This document shows, piece by piece, positions 29,298 through 39,327 of a stretch of DNA of 64,000 bases. The stretch is from positions 15,839 to 79,838 of the forward strand of contig DASSVK010000054.1 in assembly GCA_035706205.1 (NCBI GenBank). The letters run 5' to 3'. This DNA comes from Nitrososphaeraceae archaeon (GTDB lineage: Archaea > Thermoproteota > Nitrososphaeria > Nitrososphaerales > Nitrososphaeraceae). Position numbers and translations under genes: made by a program. The notes beneath the pieces are model-generated. The model searched no databases and was not told the origin of the DNA. It was given only the letters and a program-made list of their open reading frames with translations. Numbering within the stretch: position 1 is the first letter of the stretch; every line of letters begins with the position of its first letter.

Positions 29298-29897
29298 TTA
29301 TTTGTCTTTTTTTGAGGTATCCAATATTAATGAAACCATTTTTTGAGTACAATCAGTAATAGAATTTTCGTGATTTGCAAGGATTTTAAATGGAGCTCCA
29401 GATACTATTGAACAGCATGAAATTAGTATCTTTGACACATAGATATCATTTCTAATAGAATCCATTGATATTATATCTCTATCTCTGGAAGAATCGTTCT
29501 GTCTTCTATGATAAATTTCCTCAGGATTTGCAATTATTAGTACCAAATTAGTTGGTTTTAGATTGTTTAATAAATCAAGAGGCAATCCCGGATAATATCC
29601 CTCTTTAGTATTTATAAATAAATGTGTGTCAATTATTACCACATCAGCATTTATTTGTGAAATTTTTTTGGCAGCTAGATTTTGTAATTTTTTCTGTTCA
29701 TAGATAGAAAGTCGTCTTATTTCGTCTCGATTTGTTATGTTTAACTTGTTTGCTTCTTCTAACATTATTTTTCCAAATTCTGCTAGAATAGTTTTGACAC
29801 CTTTTTCTTCAAGTGTTTTTTTAACACTAGAGACTACGGTAGTTTTACCTACTCCAGGTATACCTACCACAACTATTCTTTTAATCTTTTCTTCCAA
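29298..29897 (-). CDS. adkA: Archaeal adenylate kinase
   Basis: VGIPGVGKTT, RDEIRRL, IDTH, YYPGLP, RRQND..RDRD. Confidence 0.94.
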   Translation of the reverse strand: MEEKIKRIVVVGIPGVGKTTVVSSVKKTLEEKGVKTILAEFGKIMLEEANKLNITNRDEIRRLSIYEQKKLQNLAAKKISQINADVVIIDTHLFINTKEGYYPGLPLDLLNNLKPTNLVLIIANPEEIYHRRQNDSSRDRDIISMDSIRNDIYVSKILISCCSIVSGAPFKILANHENSITDCTQKMVSLILDTSKKDK

Positions 29898-31314
29898 TCA
29901 AAGCCGCCAATTTAGGCATAGTAGTATCTACCTTTTCTCTTATCAACAAATTATAATAGTTTACAAGAATATCTACCATCAACAATAACCCTATACCACC
30001 ACCAAAAAGACCAAGAACATCTGAAACTGATGCCAATAAACCAATTGCTATACCTCCAATTATAGTTACAGAAGGAATATATTTATCTAAGACAGTTTGA
30101 ACAGTATTCTGGGATCTTCTGAAGCCAGGTATTTGAACATCTGCATCTAATAGATTTTTCGCTGCTGCTTTTGCTGAAAGGCCACCTAATTCTACCCATA
30201 ACCGGCCGAATATAGTAACAATAGCCGTTATTAAAATAATATTCACTACTGCCCGAATTGGATCCTGAGCAACTACATCCAGTCCTCTTGGAGTAGTAAT
30301 ATAATATAATAAGCCCCCTATAGGAGTCTGTTGTTGTGTTGGATCAAATTGAGCTATCCAATTAAAGAAAGGATTATCATTTTCTGGATTATAGTTTGCC
30401 CATAGCATTTGACCCATAAATATTGCATTAGCAACCAAAGCTGTGGTTAAAATTACTGGAATATTAGACACATAAAGAAGCTTAATTGGATAGACTGCAG
30501 TAAAGCCTCTATACTTGGTTGAAACAATTGGAATATCAATATGGATACCCTGAGTATATACTAAAAGTGCCAAAACACCTCCTGTCAAGATAAAAGTAAA
30601 GATACTGGGCAATTGGCCACTCCTAAAGAAAGTATCAGAAAGTTCCCCATTAGCGGCTGAATCAATTACAAAAGGAATAATTCCTACTGGCCCATCTGGT
30701 CCTGCAAGAGGACTAAATACACTCCAAAATATAGTCTGAGCCACACCTGCAGCTATAAACAAGCTTATACCTGATCCTAATCCCCAACCCTTTTGGATTA
30801 ATTCGTCTAAAAACATAACAATAAGACTAGTAAATATCAATTGTGCTATCAAAATTGGTACAAAATCAGGTGAAGCAACCAAAGGTCCATAAACACTTGC
30901 TCCATAAAGACCACCTTCAGCAATAATAACAATTATAGTTACAAGTTTAGTTGCCGAAGTAAAAAGAGCTCGATCATCAGGATTTTTAAAATTTAATTTT
31001 AAAATATCAGAGCCTTTGAGCAATTGCATAAGTAACCCAGCAGTTACAATAGGTCCTATACCAAGTTCTAGTATAGTTCCTTGTTGTGCGGCAAAAATAA
31101 CACGTGCGAAGGCAAGAAAATCAAACTGTGGTTCATCAGTGACACCATAAAGTGGAATTTGACCCATAACAAGATATGCAAAAACTGCTATTCCACACCA
31201 TACAAATTTTTCTGTTAAAGTTATTTTCTTCTTTGGTTTTTCTACTTGTGGAATATATCTAGAAATTGTTTTTATTGATTTGCGAATGAAACCTTCATTC
31301 TGAATGGTACTCAT
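29881..31314 (-). CDS. secY: Preprotein translocase SecY/Sec61alpha
   Basis: GTILELGIGPIVTA, DELIQKGWGLGSGISLFI, YPIKLLYVSNIPVI, IPGFRR; about 10 TM helices. Confidence 0.97.
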   Translation of the reverse strand: MSTIQNEGFIRKSIKTISRYIPQVEKPKKKITLTEKFVWCGIAVFAYLVMGQIPLYGVTDEPQFDFLAFARVIFAAQQGTILELGIGPIVTAGLLMQLLKGSDILKLNFKNPDDRALFTSATKLVTIIVIIAEGGLYGASVYGPLVASPDFVPILIAQLIFTSLIVMFLDELIQKGWGLGSGISLFIAAGVAQTIFWSVFSPLAGPDGPVGIIPFVIDSAANGELSDTFFRSGQLPSIFTFILTGGVLALLVYTQGIHIDIPIVSTKYRGFTAVYPIKLLYVSNIPVILTTALVANAIFMGQMLWANYNPENDNPFFNWIAQFDPTQQQTPIGGLLYYITTPRGLDVVAQDPIRAVVNIILITAIVTIFGRLWVELGGLSAKAAAKNLLDADVQIPGFRRSQNTVQTVLDKYIPSVTIIGGIAIGLLASVSDVLGLFGGGIGLLLMVDILVNYYNLLIREKVDTTMPKLAALIGRKD

Positions 31315-31735
31315 TGGAAATTACACTTCCTCCAATTGCTTGAATTTTTTCAACTGCACGCCGAGAAATTTGTTCTACCTTGACATTCATCTTGGTTTTT
31401 ATTATACCTCCTCCTAAAAGCTTGTTAATTCCCAGATTAGTTAAATCTAAGGTTCTATTTTCAGAGTCACTTTTGACAAATTTGGAATACAAAAAATCTA
31501 AATCTTTAACGTTAGCCCATTTTTTTACAGAAACCTTGTGATGAGATTTAGTTTGAGGATGTCCAAAATGATTAGGTTCTTCAATAACAGTGCGTATCCA
31601 AAAATGCTTATGTTTACCAGCCTGTCCTACTCCGCCTCTTGATCCCGATTGTCTATGTTGACCTATTTGACCCCAACCACAATATCTGGTTCCGCGTTGT
31701 CTCCTACTTTTTCTAAACCTAGTAGCCATAATCAA
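31295..31735 (-). CDS. rpl15: 50S ribosomal protein uL15
   Basis: RKSRRQRGTR.CGWG..GQHR..G.RGG.G.AG; KLLGGG; AVEKIQAIGG. Confidence 0.95.
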   Translation of the reverse strand: MIMATRFRKSRRQRGTRYCGWGQIGQHRQSGSRGGVGQAGKHKHFWIRTVIEEPNHFGHPQTKSHHKVSVKKWANVKDLDFLYSKFVKSDSENRTLDLTNLGINKLLGGGIIKTKMNVKVEQISRRAVEKIQAIGGSVISNEYHSE

Positions 31736-31814
31736 GACACCTCGATTTTTTTTTATGAATAAAAAAGATTAGCGAAATCATCATCATTCTTCCATTAATA
31801 AAATTTTGTAGTAT

Positions 31815-32273
31815 TTATATCATTCTCCTAACTAGATCAGTTAACTCATTATTTTCTCCCAATACACCTTTCTGATTGTACTGAGTTGTTATTTTCCTCT
31901 TGAAACCACCTTTAGGAGGACTTAGTGAAAACCAGGGTTTAAGATCTTTAATTTCCGACAAACCAACATTATTTTTATGAATGGCATTAGCTAATTCATC
32001 TATAGTTTTATAATTAGATGGAAGAGGAGACTGATTTAATGTATGGAACCCTTTTTTCCTTCCTCTTGTTTTTAACAGATCTTTGATAATGGATTCATCA
32101 ACAGACTTCCAAGCAACAATGTCTTTCACTTTTCGTAACATTCCTAGAGTTTGATGATTTTCTGTTATTATTGTTGCATTAAACTTTCTTCTCAAGTTTA
32201 AATTTTCTAAAGTTTTTTCTGCCCAATTTGGGATATTAACCAATCCACGAATTCTAATAACTAGATAGACCAT
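31815..32273 (-). CDS. rpl30: 50S ribosomal protein uL30
   Basis: VIRIRG, TLENLNLRRKFNA, GMLRKVKD, LSPPKGG. Confidence 0.95.
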   Translation of the reverse strand: MVYLVIRIRGLVNIPNWAEKTLENLNLRRKFNATIITENHQTLGMLRKVKDIVAWKSVDESIIKDLLKTRGRKKGFHTLNQSPLPSNYKTIDELANAIHKNNVGLSEIKDLKPWFSLSPPKGGFKRKITTQYNQKGVLGENNELTDLVRRMI

Positions 32274-32282
32274 ATCTCGTCA

Positions 32283-32903
32283 CTATCCTGCTGTAAAAGT
32301 GCTTCTTAAGGCATTGAATATAGCTTTTGTAGTTGAAGCCATAGTGTTTGTTGATCCATATGATTTAGTCCAAGCATCTTTTAACCCAGCCAATTTTAAT
32401 AGAGTTTTTATATTCTCTCCTGCTACCAAGCCTAATCCTCTTGGACCAGGTAGTATCTCAATTGTAACACTTCCACCTTTACCTGATACTTGGAAAGGAA
32501 TCGAATGTAATTGATTACATCGACATTCCCAACTTCCACATCCTAACTTAATTGGTATAACATTTAGATAGGCAGAATTTGTAGCTTTATCGATGGCATT
32601 TCGCATTTGTGCAGCTTTTCCCTTACCTATTCCAAACCATCCACCCTCGTTTCCTACTGCAACCAGTGCATCAAATCTTGTCATTTCACCAGCATCTGTT
32701 TGTTTTTGAACAATTCCTACATGAACTACTTGACTTTTCATATCTGGAAGCAGTTGTTTTACAATTTCAGATTCTTGAATTCTCATCCCATTTTCAAAAA
32801 CTTGTTCCATAGAAGATATTTTACCACCTGCAACTAGCATACCCAATGAAGTCCGTGGTTTCCATTCGACTTGTTTTTCTTGTCTAGGAAATTGATGACT
32901 CAT
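32283..32903 (-). CDS. rps5: 30S ribosomal protein uS5
   Basis: WKPRTSLG, QKQTDAGE..RF, GCGSWEC, GPRGLGL, LAGLKD. Confidence 0.96.
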   Translation of the reverse strand: MSHQFPRQEKQVEWKPRTSLGMLVAGGKISSMEQVFENGMRIQESEIVKQLLPDMKSQVVHVGIVQKQTDAGEMTRFDALVAVGNEGGWFGIGKGKAAQMRNAIDKATNSAYLNVIPIKLGCGSWECRCNQLHSIPFQVSGKGGSVTIEILPGPRGLGLVAGENIKTLLKLAGLKDAWTKSYGSTNTMASTTKAIFNALRSTFTAG

Positions 32904-33562
32904 CTTGTTAGCTCCCTACTGATATGTTCTTCTTTCTCTACTTTATTTTTACCATTGTTCTCTAATCGATTATTTTTATCTTTTATAAAATTCTGAATTT
33001 CAAGTTTCATTATTTTTTCCTTAAACTCCTCAAAATGACTTTTATAATTCTCCGGATTTAAACCATTTTTTATAATAATGGAAAATCTTTTATTATAAAT
33101 TTCAGAATCAGACTTTAAAGCTGATGCATAATTAGCTATATGTTCTCCAGAAATACGTTCAGTACTAGGGAAAGAGTCTTCTGATGATGGTATTTCAATT
33201 CCACCATCAATTATGCCTTTTAGACAAGATGATAATCTTTCAGTAAATGCATCTTTGCCTGTATAAAGTATAGCATTATCAATTCCCTTAAAAGATGCTT
33301 TTTTACCTAACAACAAACCGGTCAGGTAGCATGCTGGAAGAGAATTTAAGGATCCCTTCCAACCAAGTTTTACTAAATTAGTACTATGAGCAGAAGTAAT
33401 TACTTTATCCCCTGTAATAGAAGGTTCTAATACTTGTGTTAGAATATTCTGATTTGTTACTTTTATAGTTATAAACCTCTTTTTACTTAATAATAGAGAT
33501 GATCGTTTATGATAATTTGTTTTTCTTTCTCTAATCCTCTTTAATGTATGTATATAACTCAT
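32900..33562 (-). CDS. rpl18: 50S ribosomal protein uL18
   Basis: RIRERKTNYHKR, LGWKG..NSLPACYLTG, GGIEIP, RISGEHIA; charged C-terminal extension. Confidence 0.95.
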   Translation of the reverse strand: MSYIHTLKRIRERKTNYHKRSSLLLSKKRFITIKVTNQNILTQVLEPSITGDKVITSAHSTNLVKLGWKGSLNSLPACYLTGLLLGKKASFKGIDNAILYTGKDAFTERLSSCLKGIIDGGIEIPSSEDSFPSTERISGEHIANYASALKSDSEIYNKRFSIIIKNGLNPENYKSHFEEFKEKIMKLEIQNFIKDKNNRLENNGKNKVEKEEHISRELTR

Positions 33563-33612
33563 TACAGTTCTTTCTCCAATTTTTTAATAATAAATGCAGA
33601 ATTTTACAGCAC

Positions 33613-34434
33613 TTATAAACGTTTTATTGATAAATTTCCAGATTTATTTGATATTTTTTCTATATTACTCATCCTGTTTGCGATCAATGCAGCATATGAT
33701 CCTGCTCCTATTCCATTATCAATATTTACAACAGTTAATCCAAGTGCACAGCTTTGTAGCATAGAGGATAGAGCAGCTATACCATGAGAACCGAAACCAT
33801 ATCCAACAGAAGTAGGAACTCCAATAACAGGAACATTGACACAGGATGAAACTAAAGAAGCTAAAGCACCTTCCATACCTGCAACCACTACGATTGCCTG
33901 TACATTCTCTGACATCATCTTTTCAAGAGTTGGAAAAACTCTATGAATTCCTGCAATACCAATATCATAAGAAATAATTGATTCACAATTCATTGCTTTG
34001 GCCATTAATCTAGCTTCTTCTGCTATTCCTATATCTGATGTACCTCCTGAAATAATTCCTATCTTATAAGAATGACATTTAATTGTAGCAATCGTTGATA
34101 AAAGCATAGTAGAACTACTCTTACCAATTTCAAAATAGAGATTCTTTCTTTTTACAAAATCTATTATTTTTCTAATATGTTTCTTTTGAATCTTACTTAT
34201 AACTATTGTTTTATTTTTACCCAGTATATCAGAAATTATTTTTGTTATATCCGAATAATCCTTGTTTGCTGCAAATATTACTTCAGGAATTCCTTTTCTT
34301 ATTCTTCTATTAATATCTAATTTTGCAATATTTTTTCCTACATTATGAATATAAAAAGAAGTAATATGTCTTTTAAGTTCATTTATCGAGAGATTTCCAT
34401 TATTATATTCATTTAATAGTTCTTCAAATTCCAT
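33613..34434 (-). CDS. larB: Nickel-pincer nucleotide biosynthesis protein LarB (NaAD carboxylase/hydrolase)
   Basis: RKGIPEVIF, GGTSD..IAEEA, DIGIAGIHR, AGMEGALASLV, VIGVPTSVGYG, VVNIDNGIGA. Confidence 0.92.
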   Translation of the reverse strand: MEFEELLNEYNNGNLSINELKRHITSFYIHNVGKNIAKLDINRRIRKGIPEVIFAANKDYSDITKIISDILGKNKTIVISKIQKKHIRKIIDFVKRKNLYFEIGKSSSTMLLSTIATIKCHSYKIGIISGGTSDIGIAEEARLMAKAMNCESIISYDIGIAGIHRVFPTLEKMMSENVQAIVVVAGMEGALASLVSSCVNVPVIGVPTSVGYGFGSHGIAALSSMLQSCALGLTVVNIDNGIGAGSYAALIANRMSNIEKISNKSGNLSIKRL

Positions 34435-35357
34435 TATTTTATTTCTGACTGTACGAACTTTATTGCTTCTTTTACGCTTGTAACACCTAAATCAAAAATT
34501 TTTCTTTCATATTCGTTCAGCTGTAATTCAATAATCTTTTCAATACCATTTGATCCTAAGACTACTGGAACCCCTATACATAAATCAGATACACCATATT
34601 CGCCTTCTAAATAAGCAGAAACAGGTATTACTTGTTTTTTATTTTTTTTAATACTTTCGATCATTGTTGCAACTGCATTACCCGGGGCATACACAGTAGC
34701 TCCTTTTAATGCAATAACTTCGGCAGCAACTTTTTTTGTTCCTTCAAATATTTCTTGAGATTGTTCATTAGATAAAAATTCATTTAAAGGAATTCCACCA
34801 ATAGAAGAAAAACGAATCAATGGTAACATATTCTCGCCATGTTCACTAATTACCATAGCTTGAATAGATTTCCTTGAGAAACCAGTAATATCATGAATAA
34901 AACTTTTAAATCTAGCTAAATCTAGCATACCACCCATTCCAATTACCTTATTTTTCTTGAAACCAGTTGTTTTTAAAGCAAGATAAGTCATCGGATCTAA
35001 TGGATTAGTGACAACAATTACTCTTGCATCATTAGCATGTGTTGAAATTTTATGGGAGACATCCTTTACAATACTAGCATTTTTATTTAATAAATCCATT
35101 CTAGTCATTCCTGGTTTTCTTCCTAATCCTGCTACAAGTACAACAAAATCTGAATTCACCATATCCTCATAACTATTTGATCCTTTTACTCTAGAATCTA
35201 TACCATGTTCAGATAACTGATGATTAATATCCATTGCTTCACCTTGTGGGAGTCCTTCAATTACATCTAACAATAAAATATCATCTAATTCTCTGAGTCC
35301 ACAATTTAATGCAACAGATGCACCTACTCGTCCAGATCCTACTATTGTAATTGTCAT
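34434..35357 (-). CDS. mdh: Malate dehydrogenase (LDH-like)
   Basis: [16 protein letters not shown] (malate-specific Arg), VTNPLD, LDLARF, EHGE; TAATG overlap with larB. Confidence 0.94.
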   Translation of the reverse strand: MTITIVGSGRVGASVALNCGLRELDDILLLDVIEGLPQGEAMDINHQLSEHGIDSRVKGSNSYEDMVNSDFVVLVAGLGRKPGMTRMDLLNKNASIVKDVSHKISTHANDARVIVVTNPLDPMTYLALKTTGFKKNKVIGMGGMLDLARFKSFIHDITGFSRKSIQAMVISEHGENMLPLIRFSSIGGIPLNEFLSNEQSQEIFEGTKKVAAEVIALKGATVYAPGNAVATMIESIKKNKKQVIPVSAYLEGEYGVSDLCIGVPVVLGSNGIEKIIELQLNEYERKIFDLGVTSVKEAIKFVQSEIK

Positions 35358-35495
35358 AGAGTGGATTATTTTTAGATAAATTATAAGTTTACTAAAACAT
35401 TTACTGCATAAAGGTTAAATTTTCATTATTGATTAGATTAAAATAAGAAAAGTAATTTTAATGTATGTTTAGTTATTATTGTAACCAATAGAATT

Positions 35496-36749
35496 ATGGC
35501 TAAAATTTCAATAATTGACGCTCAGCTTGCTGGTTTATCAGGAGATATGATTTTATCTGCTTTAATAGATTTAGGAGCAGATAAAAAAAAAGTAATTGAT
35601 TCGATATACAAATGTGAAAATATTTTTTCAGGAAGCAAGATAAAGGATGCTAGGTTCGAAAAAGTAAATTCTAATGGATTTAATGCTACCAGATTTTATT
35701 TTGAATATAATGAGAAAATTTATCAAAGAAAAGGAATTGAAATGGTTAGAGCCTTATCTAAATCCATAGAATATCTAGATTTAAAACCTCGTTCAAAGTC
35801 TTTTATTTTGGATTCAATAAAAACTTTAATAAATGCAGAAGCAAAAATTCATGGCGAATCTATAAGTCAAGTTCATCTTCATGAAGCTTCTAGTATTGAT
35901 ACTTTTGTTGATTTAATTGGTTGTGCAATTGCATTAGAGGATTTAAAGATTTTTGATTCAAAAATATATTCAACTTATATTTGTATAGGAAATGGTCTAA
36001 CTACCTTTTCTCATGGAACAATACCAAATCCCACAAATGCAGTTTTAGAAATTTTTAGAGGAAAATCATTTGTTCTAATCGGCAATGATCAAGGAGAAGT
36101 TACTACTCCAACAGGCGCAGCAATTTTAGTTAATCTATCTTCTGAATGTATCAGATATTATCCTCCTATAATTCCAGAAAAGATAGGTCTAGGAGCTGGT
36201 CATAGAATCTTAAAAAATACACCTAATATTCTTAGAATAGTCATTGGTAGGGACCCAGTTAGCGTTGGTTTAAATAATGAGAAAATGTTTTTAATTGAAA
36301 CAAATATAGATGATGTTGACGGAGAAATTATTGGTAATTTAATAGAGGTTTTGATGAAAGAAGGAGCAAAGGATGTAACGGTTATTCCTGGAATAACTAA
36401 AAAAAATAGACCTGTCAATTTAATAAGAATTCTCTCTGATAACTTTAAAAAGGAAATTCTTATTGAAAGATTATTTAAAGAAACCGGAACCTCAGGAATA
36501 AGAATTAATGAAATTAATAGAATAACGTTGGAGAGAAATATGATAATTATGCAAGTAGTCATTAATGAATCAGAGTATAATATTAAAGTAAAAATAACAA
36601 GAGATTCATCAAATAATATAATTAATATCAAACCCGAGTTTGAAGATTTAAAGAAAATATCTGAACTTGAAAATAATTCATTAAAAACTATTCAAGAATT
36701 AGTTATGTATCAAATATATAAAAAATTTAAGGCGAGTAATTATGAATAG
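35496..36749 (+). CDS. larC: Nickel-pincer nickel insertase LarC, single polypeptide
   Basis: GLSGDM.LSALIDLG, AEAKIHG....VHLHE...IDTFVD, EVTTPTGAA, ETNIDD, TKKNRP, ETGTSGIR, KPEFED. Confidence 0.93.
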   Translation: MAKISIIDAQLAGLSGDMILSALIDLGADKKKVIDSIYKCENIFSGSKIKDARFEKVNSNGFNATRFYFEYNEKIYQRKGIEMVRALSKSIEYLDLKPRSKSFILDSIKTLINAEAKIHGESISQVHLHEASSIDTFVDLIGCAIALEDLKIFDSKIYSTYICIGNGLTTFSHGTIPNPTNAVLEIFRGKSFVLIGNDQGEVTTPTGAAILVNLSSECIRYYPPIIPEKIGLGAGHRILKNTPNILRIVIGRDPVSVGLNNEKMFLIETNIDDVDGEIIGNLIEVLMKEGAKDVTVIPGITKKNRPVNLIRILSDNFKKEILIERLFKETGTSGIRINEINRITLERNMIIMQVVINESEYNIKVKITRDSSNNIINIKPEFEDLKKISELENNSLKTIQELVMYQIYKKFKASNYE

Positions 36750-37557
36750 TGACGAATGTTTTTTACAATTAAAAGACTGGTTTATTAAAAATACAAATGG
36801 AAATGTATTCATAGCATTTTCTGGAGGGGTAGATAGTGCGATAGTAGCATTTGCGGCTAAAAAAGCAATAGGCGAAAAAGCAATTGCCATTACTGCAAAT
36901 TATAAGACTTTAGCATTATCTGAACTTGAAGATGCCAAAAGAGTAGCAAATGAGATAGGAATTCATCATGTAATAATTGAATATAATGAATTGGAAGATA
37001 CCAATTTTATCAAAAATGATATACAAAGATGTTACTATTGTCGAAAAAGTCTAGGCGAACATATCAAAGCATATGTAAAAAAATACCAGGTTACAAACAT
37101 TATTGATGGAACCCATTTGGATGATATAAAAGATTATCGTCCTGGTTTGAAAGCGTTGAGAGAACACAAAATTAAAAGTCCTTTATTAGAGAAAAGAATA
37201 GGAAAAAAAGAAATAAGAGAAATTGCTAAAAAATATAATATTAGTGTAGCAAATAAGCCTTCTAATTCGTGTTTAGCATCTAGAATTCCATATGGAAATA
37301 GGATTACCCAAGAGAAATTAAAAAAAATTGAAATTTCAGAGGAAAAAGTTAAAGAGTTATTTAATATTAGTCATGTTAGAGTAAGAGATCATGGAGATAT
37401 AGCTAGAATAGAAATTTCAAGAGATGAAATGGAAAAAATGTTTGATAAAAGAAAACTTAATCAACTGGATGCAGAATTAAAAAGTACAGGTTTCAAATAT
37501 GTCTCTTTAGATTTATATGGATACAGATCTCGAAAGCTAATTGTGATTAATGATTGA
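36742..37557 (+). CDS. larE: Nickel-pincer sulfur transferase LarE
   Basis: AFSGGVDS PP-loop, RCYYCRK, DYRPG, KPSNSCLASRIPYG, RVRDHG..ARIE, LDLYGYRS. Confidence 0.93.
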   Translation: MNSDECFLQLKDWFIKNTNGNVFIAFSGGVDSAIVAFAAKKAIGEKAIAITANYKTLALSELEDAKRVANEIGIHHVIIEYNELEDTNFIKNDIQRCYYCRKSLGEHIKAYVKKYQVTNIIDGTHLDDIKDYRPGLKALREHKIKSPLLEKRIGKKEIREIAKKYNISVANKPSNSCLASRIPYGNRITQEKLKKIEISEEKVKELFNISHVRVRDHGDIARIEISRDEMEKMFDKRKLNQLDAELKSTGFKYVSLDLYGYRSRKLIVIND

Positions 37558-38759
37558 GTAAAACTAAAATTAATAATAATTTGATTTATTTAGATCATGC
37601 AGCTTCCACTCCTGTACTTCAAGAAATAATTGATGAAATGATACCATATTTAGGAAATTTATTTGGTAACCCATCTTCAATTCATACTCATGGAATAAAA
37701 TCAAAAATTGCAATTCAAATTGCAAGAAAAAGGGTTGCTGCATTAATATATTCCAAACCTAGTGAGATTTATTTTACATCAGGCGGGACAGAATCGAATA
37801 ATTTAGCTTTGAAAGGAATATGCAAAAATATTAGAAACAATCAAAAAATAAAAAATCATATAATTACCAGTGCTATCGAACATGATGCAATTTTAGAAAC
37901 CTGTAAGAATTTAGAAAAAGACGGATTTGATATTTCATATTTGAATGTAGATAGAAATGGAATTATTGATAAAAGTGAATTAAAAAAATATCTTACAGAA
38001 AAAACAATATTAGTTAGTATAATGTCAGCTAATAATGAAATTGGTACTATTCAACCAATTAAAGAATTATCTGAAATTGTTCATAATTTTGATAAAAAGA
38101 TAATATTTCATTCTGATGCAGTTCAAGCTGCTGGTAAAATACCGATAAATGTTAAAGAATTAGATGTTGATGCGTTATCATTGTCATCCCATAAAATGAA
38201 TGGACCAAAAGGAGTTGGAGCCTTATATGTACGCGATAAAGTAAAATTTGAGCCCTTGATACATGGTGGTGGACAAGAATTGAATCTTAGATCAGGAACT
38301 GAAAATGTCCATGGTATTGTGGGTTTTGGAAAAGCTTGTGAGATAAGTATGAGAAATTTGAAAAATAATTCTCAGTATATGTGTTATTTGAGAGACTTTT
38401 TAATTGATCAAATAAAGAAAGAGATTCCAGATAAAAAATTGAATGGTTCTTTGGAATACAGATTACCAAATAATGTCAATTTTACATTTTTAGGGATAAA
38501 TGGAGAGGATCTGCTGATTAAATTGGATGAAGACGGAATTTTAGCATCTACAGGTTCTGCATGTTCTACCAACAGACAAAAAGAATCTCATGTATTGAAA
38601 GCTATTGGTCTTAATCATGAAGAAATCTCTGGTTCAATAAGGTTTTCATTAGGAATACAGAATACTATTGAAGATATAGAAAAAACTATCATCGTTTTAA
38701 AGCAAAGAATAACTGAGCTCTTGAAGATTTCACCATTGAAACAAAAGTATAAAGAGTAG
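37554..38759 (+). CDS. iscS: Cysteine desulfurase (IscS/NifS, group I)
   Basis: YLDHAASTP, GNPSS, SGGTESNN, HSDAVQ, SSHKMNGPKG (PLP Lys), RSGTEN, TGSACS (persulfide Cys); overlaps the larE stop. Confidence 0.94.
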   Translation: MSKTKINNNLIYLDHAASTPVLQEIIDEMIPYLGNLFGNPSSIHTHGIKSKIAIQIARKRVAALIYSKPSEIYFTSGGTESNNLALKGICKNIRNNQKIKNHIITSAIEHDAILETCKNLEKDGFDISYLNVDRNGIIDKSELKKYLTEKTILVSIMSANNEIGTIQPIKELSEIVHNFDKKIIFHSDAVQAAGKIPINVKELDVDALSLSSHKMNGPKGVGALYVRDKVKFEPLIHGGGQELNLRSGTENVHGIVGFGKACEISMRNLKNNSQYMCYLRDFLIDQIKKEIPDKKLNGSLEYRLPNNVNFTFLGINGEDLLIKLDEDGILASTGSACSTNRQKESHVLKAIGLNHEEISGSIRFSLGIQNTIEDIEKTIIVLKQRITELLKISPLKQKYKE

Positions 38760-38797
38760 GCAAAATTTTAATATAAAGTTAATTAAGGATAATATAT

Positions 38798-39277
38798 ATG
38801 CAGAATTCAGAAAAAATTCCAAATATAGGGGATACAGCACCAGACTTTGAATTAGTTAATGAGGAAATGAAAAGGATGAAATTGAGTGATATAAAAGATA
38901 AAAAAATAATTCTTGCTTTTTTCCCTGCTGCGGAATCTCCTGTGTGTACTGCCGAAATGTGTAACTTTAGAGACTATTTAAGTGATTTAAATAACAAAAA
39001 TGCACAGGTAATTGGGATATCTATTGATGGTCCTTTTGCTAATAAGTTTTTCAAAGAAAATCGTCATCTGAATTTTCCATTATTAAGTGACTATAATAGA
39101 GAAGTAATTAAAAAATATAATGTTGTAATGAAAGATCTAGCATCACTTAAAGGTTATAATGCTGCCAAAAGAGCCATTTTTATATTAGATAAAGATAAAA
39201 AAATACAATATAAATGGATTTCAGATAATCCATTGATTGAGCCTAATTATAAAGAAATTATGAATAACCTCAAATAG
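38798..39277 (+). CDS. Peroxiredoxin (AhpC/BCP family)
   Basis: GDTAPDFEL, FFPAAESPVCTAEMC (PxxxTxxC-like, with resolving Cys), KRAIFILD. Confidence 0.9.
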   Translation: MQNSEKIPNIGDTAPDFELVNEEMKRMKLSDIKDKKIILAFFPAAESPVCTAEMCNFRDYLSDLNNKNAQVIGISIDGPFANKFFKENRHLNFPLLSDYNREVIKKYNVVMKDLASLKGYNAAKRAIFILDKDKKIQYKWISDNPLIEPNYKEIMNNLK

Positions 39278-39327
39278 AAAGCAAATTTTTTATTTTTAAA
39301 TGCTATAAACAAAAATAAAGTTTTTCG

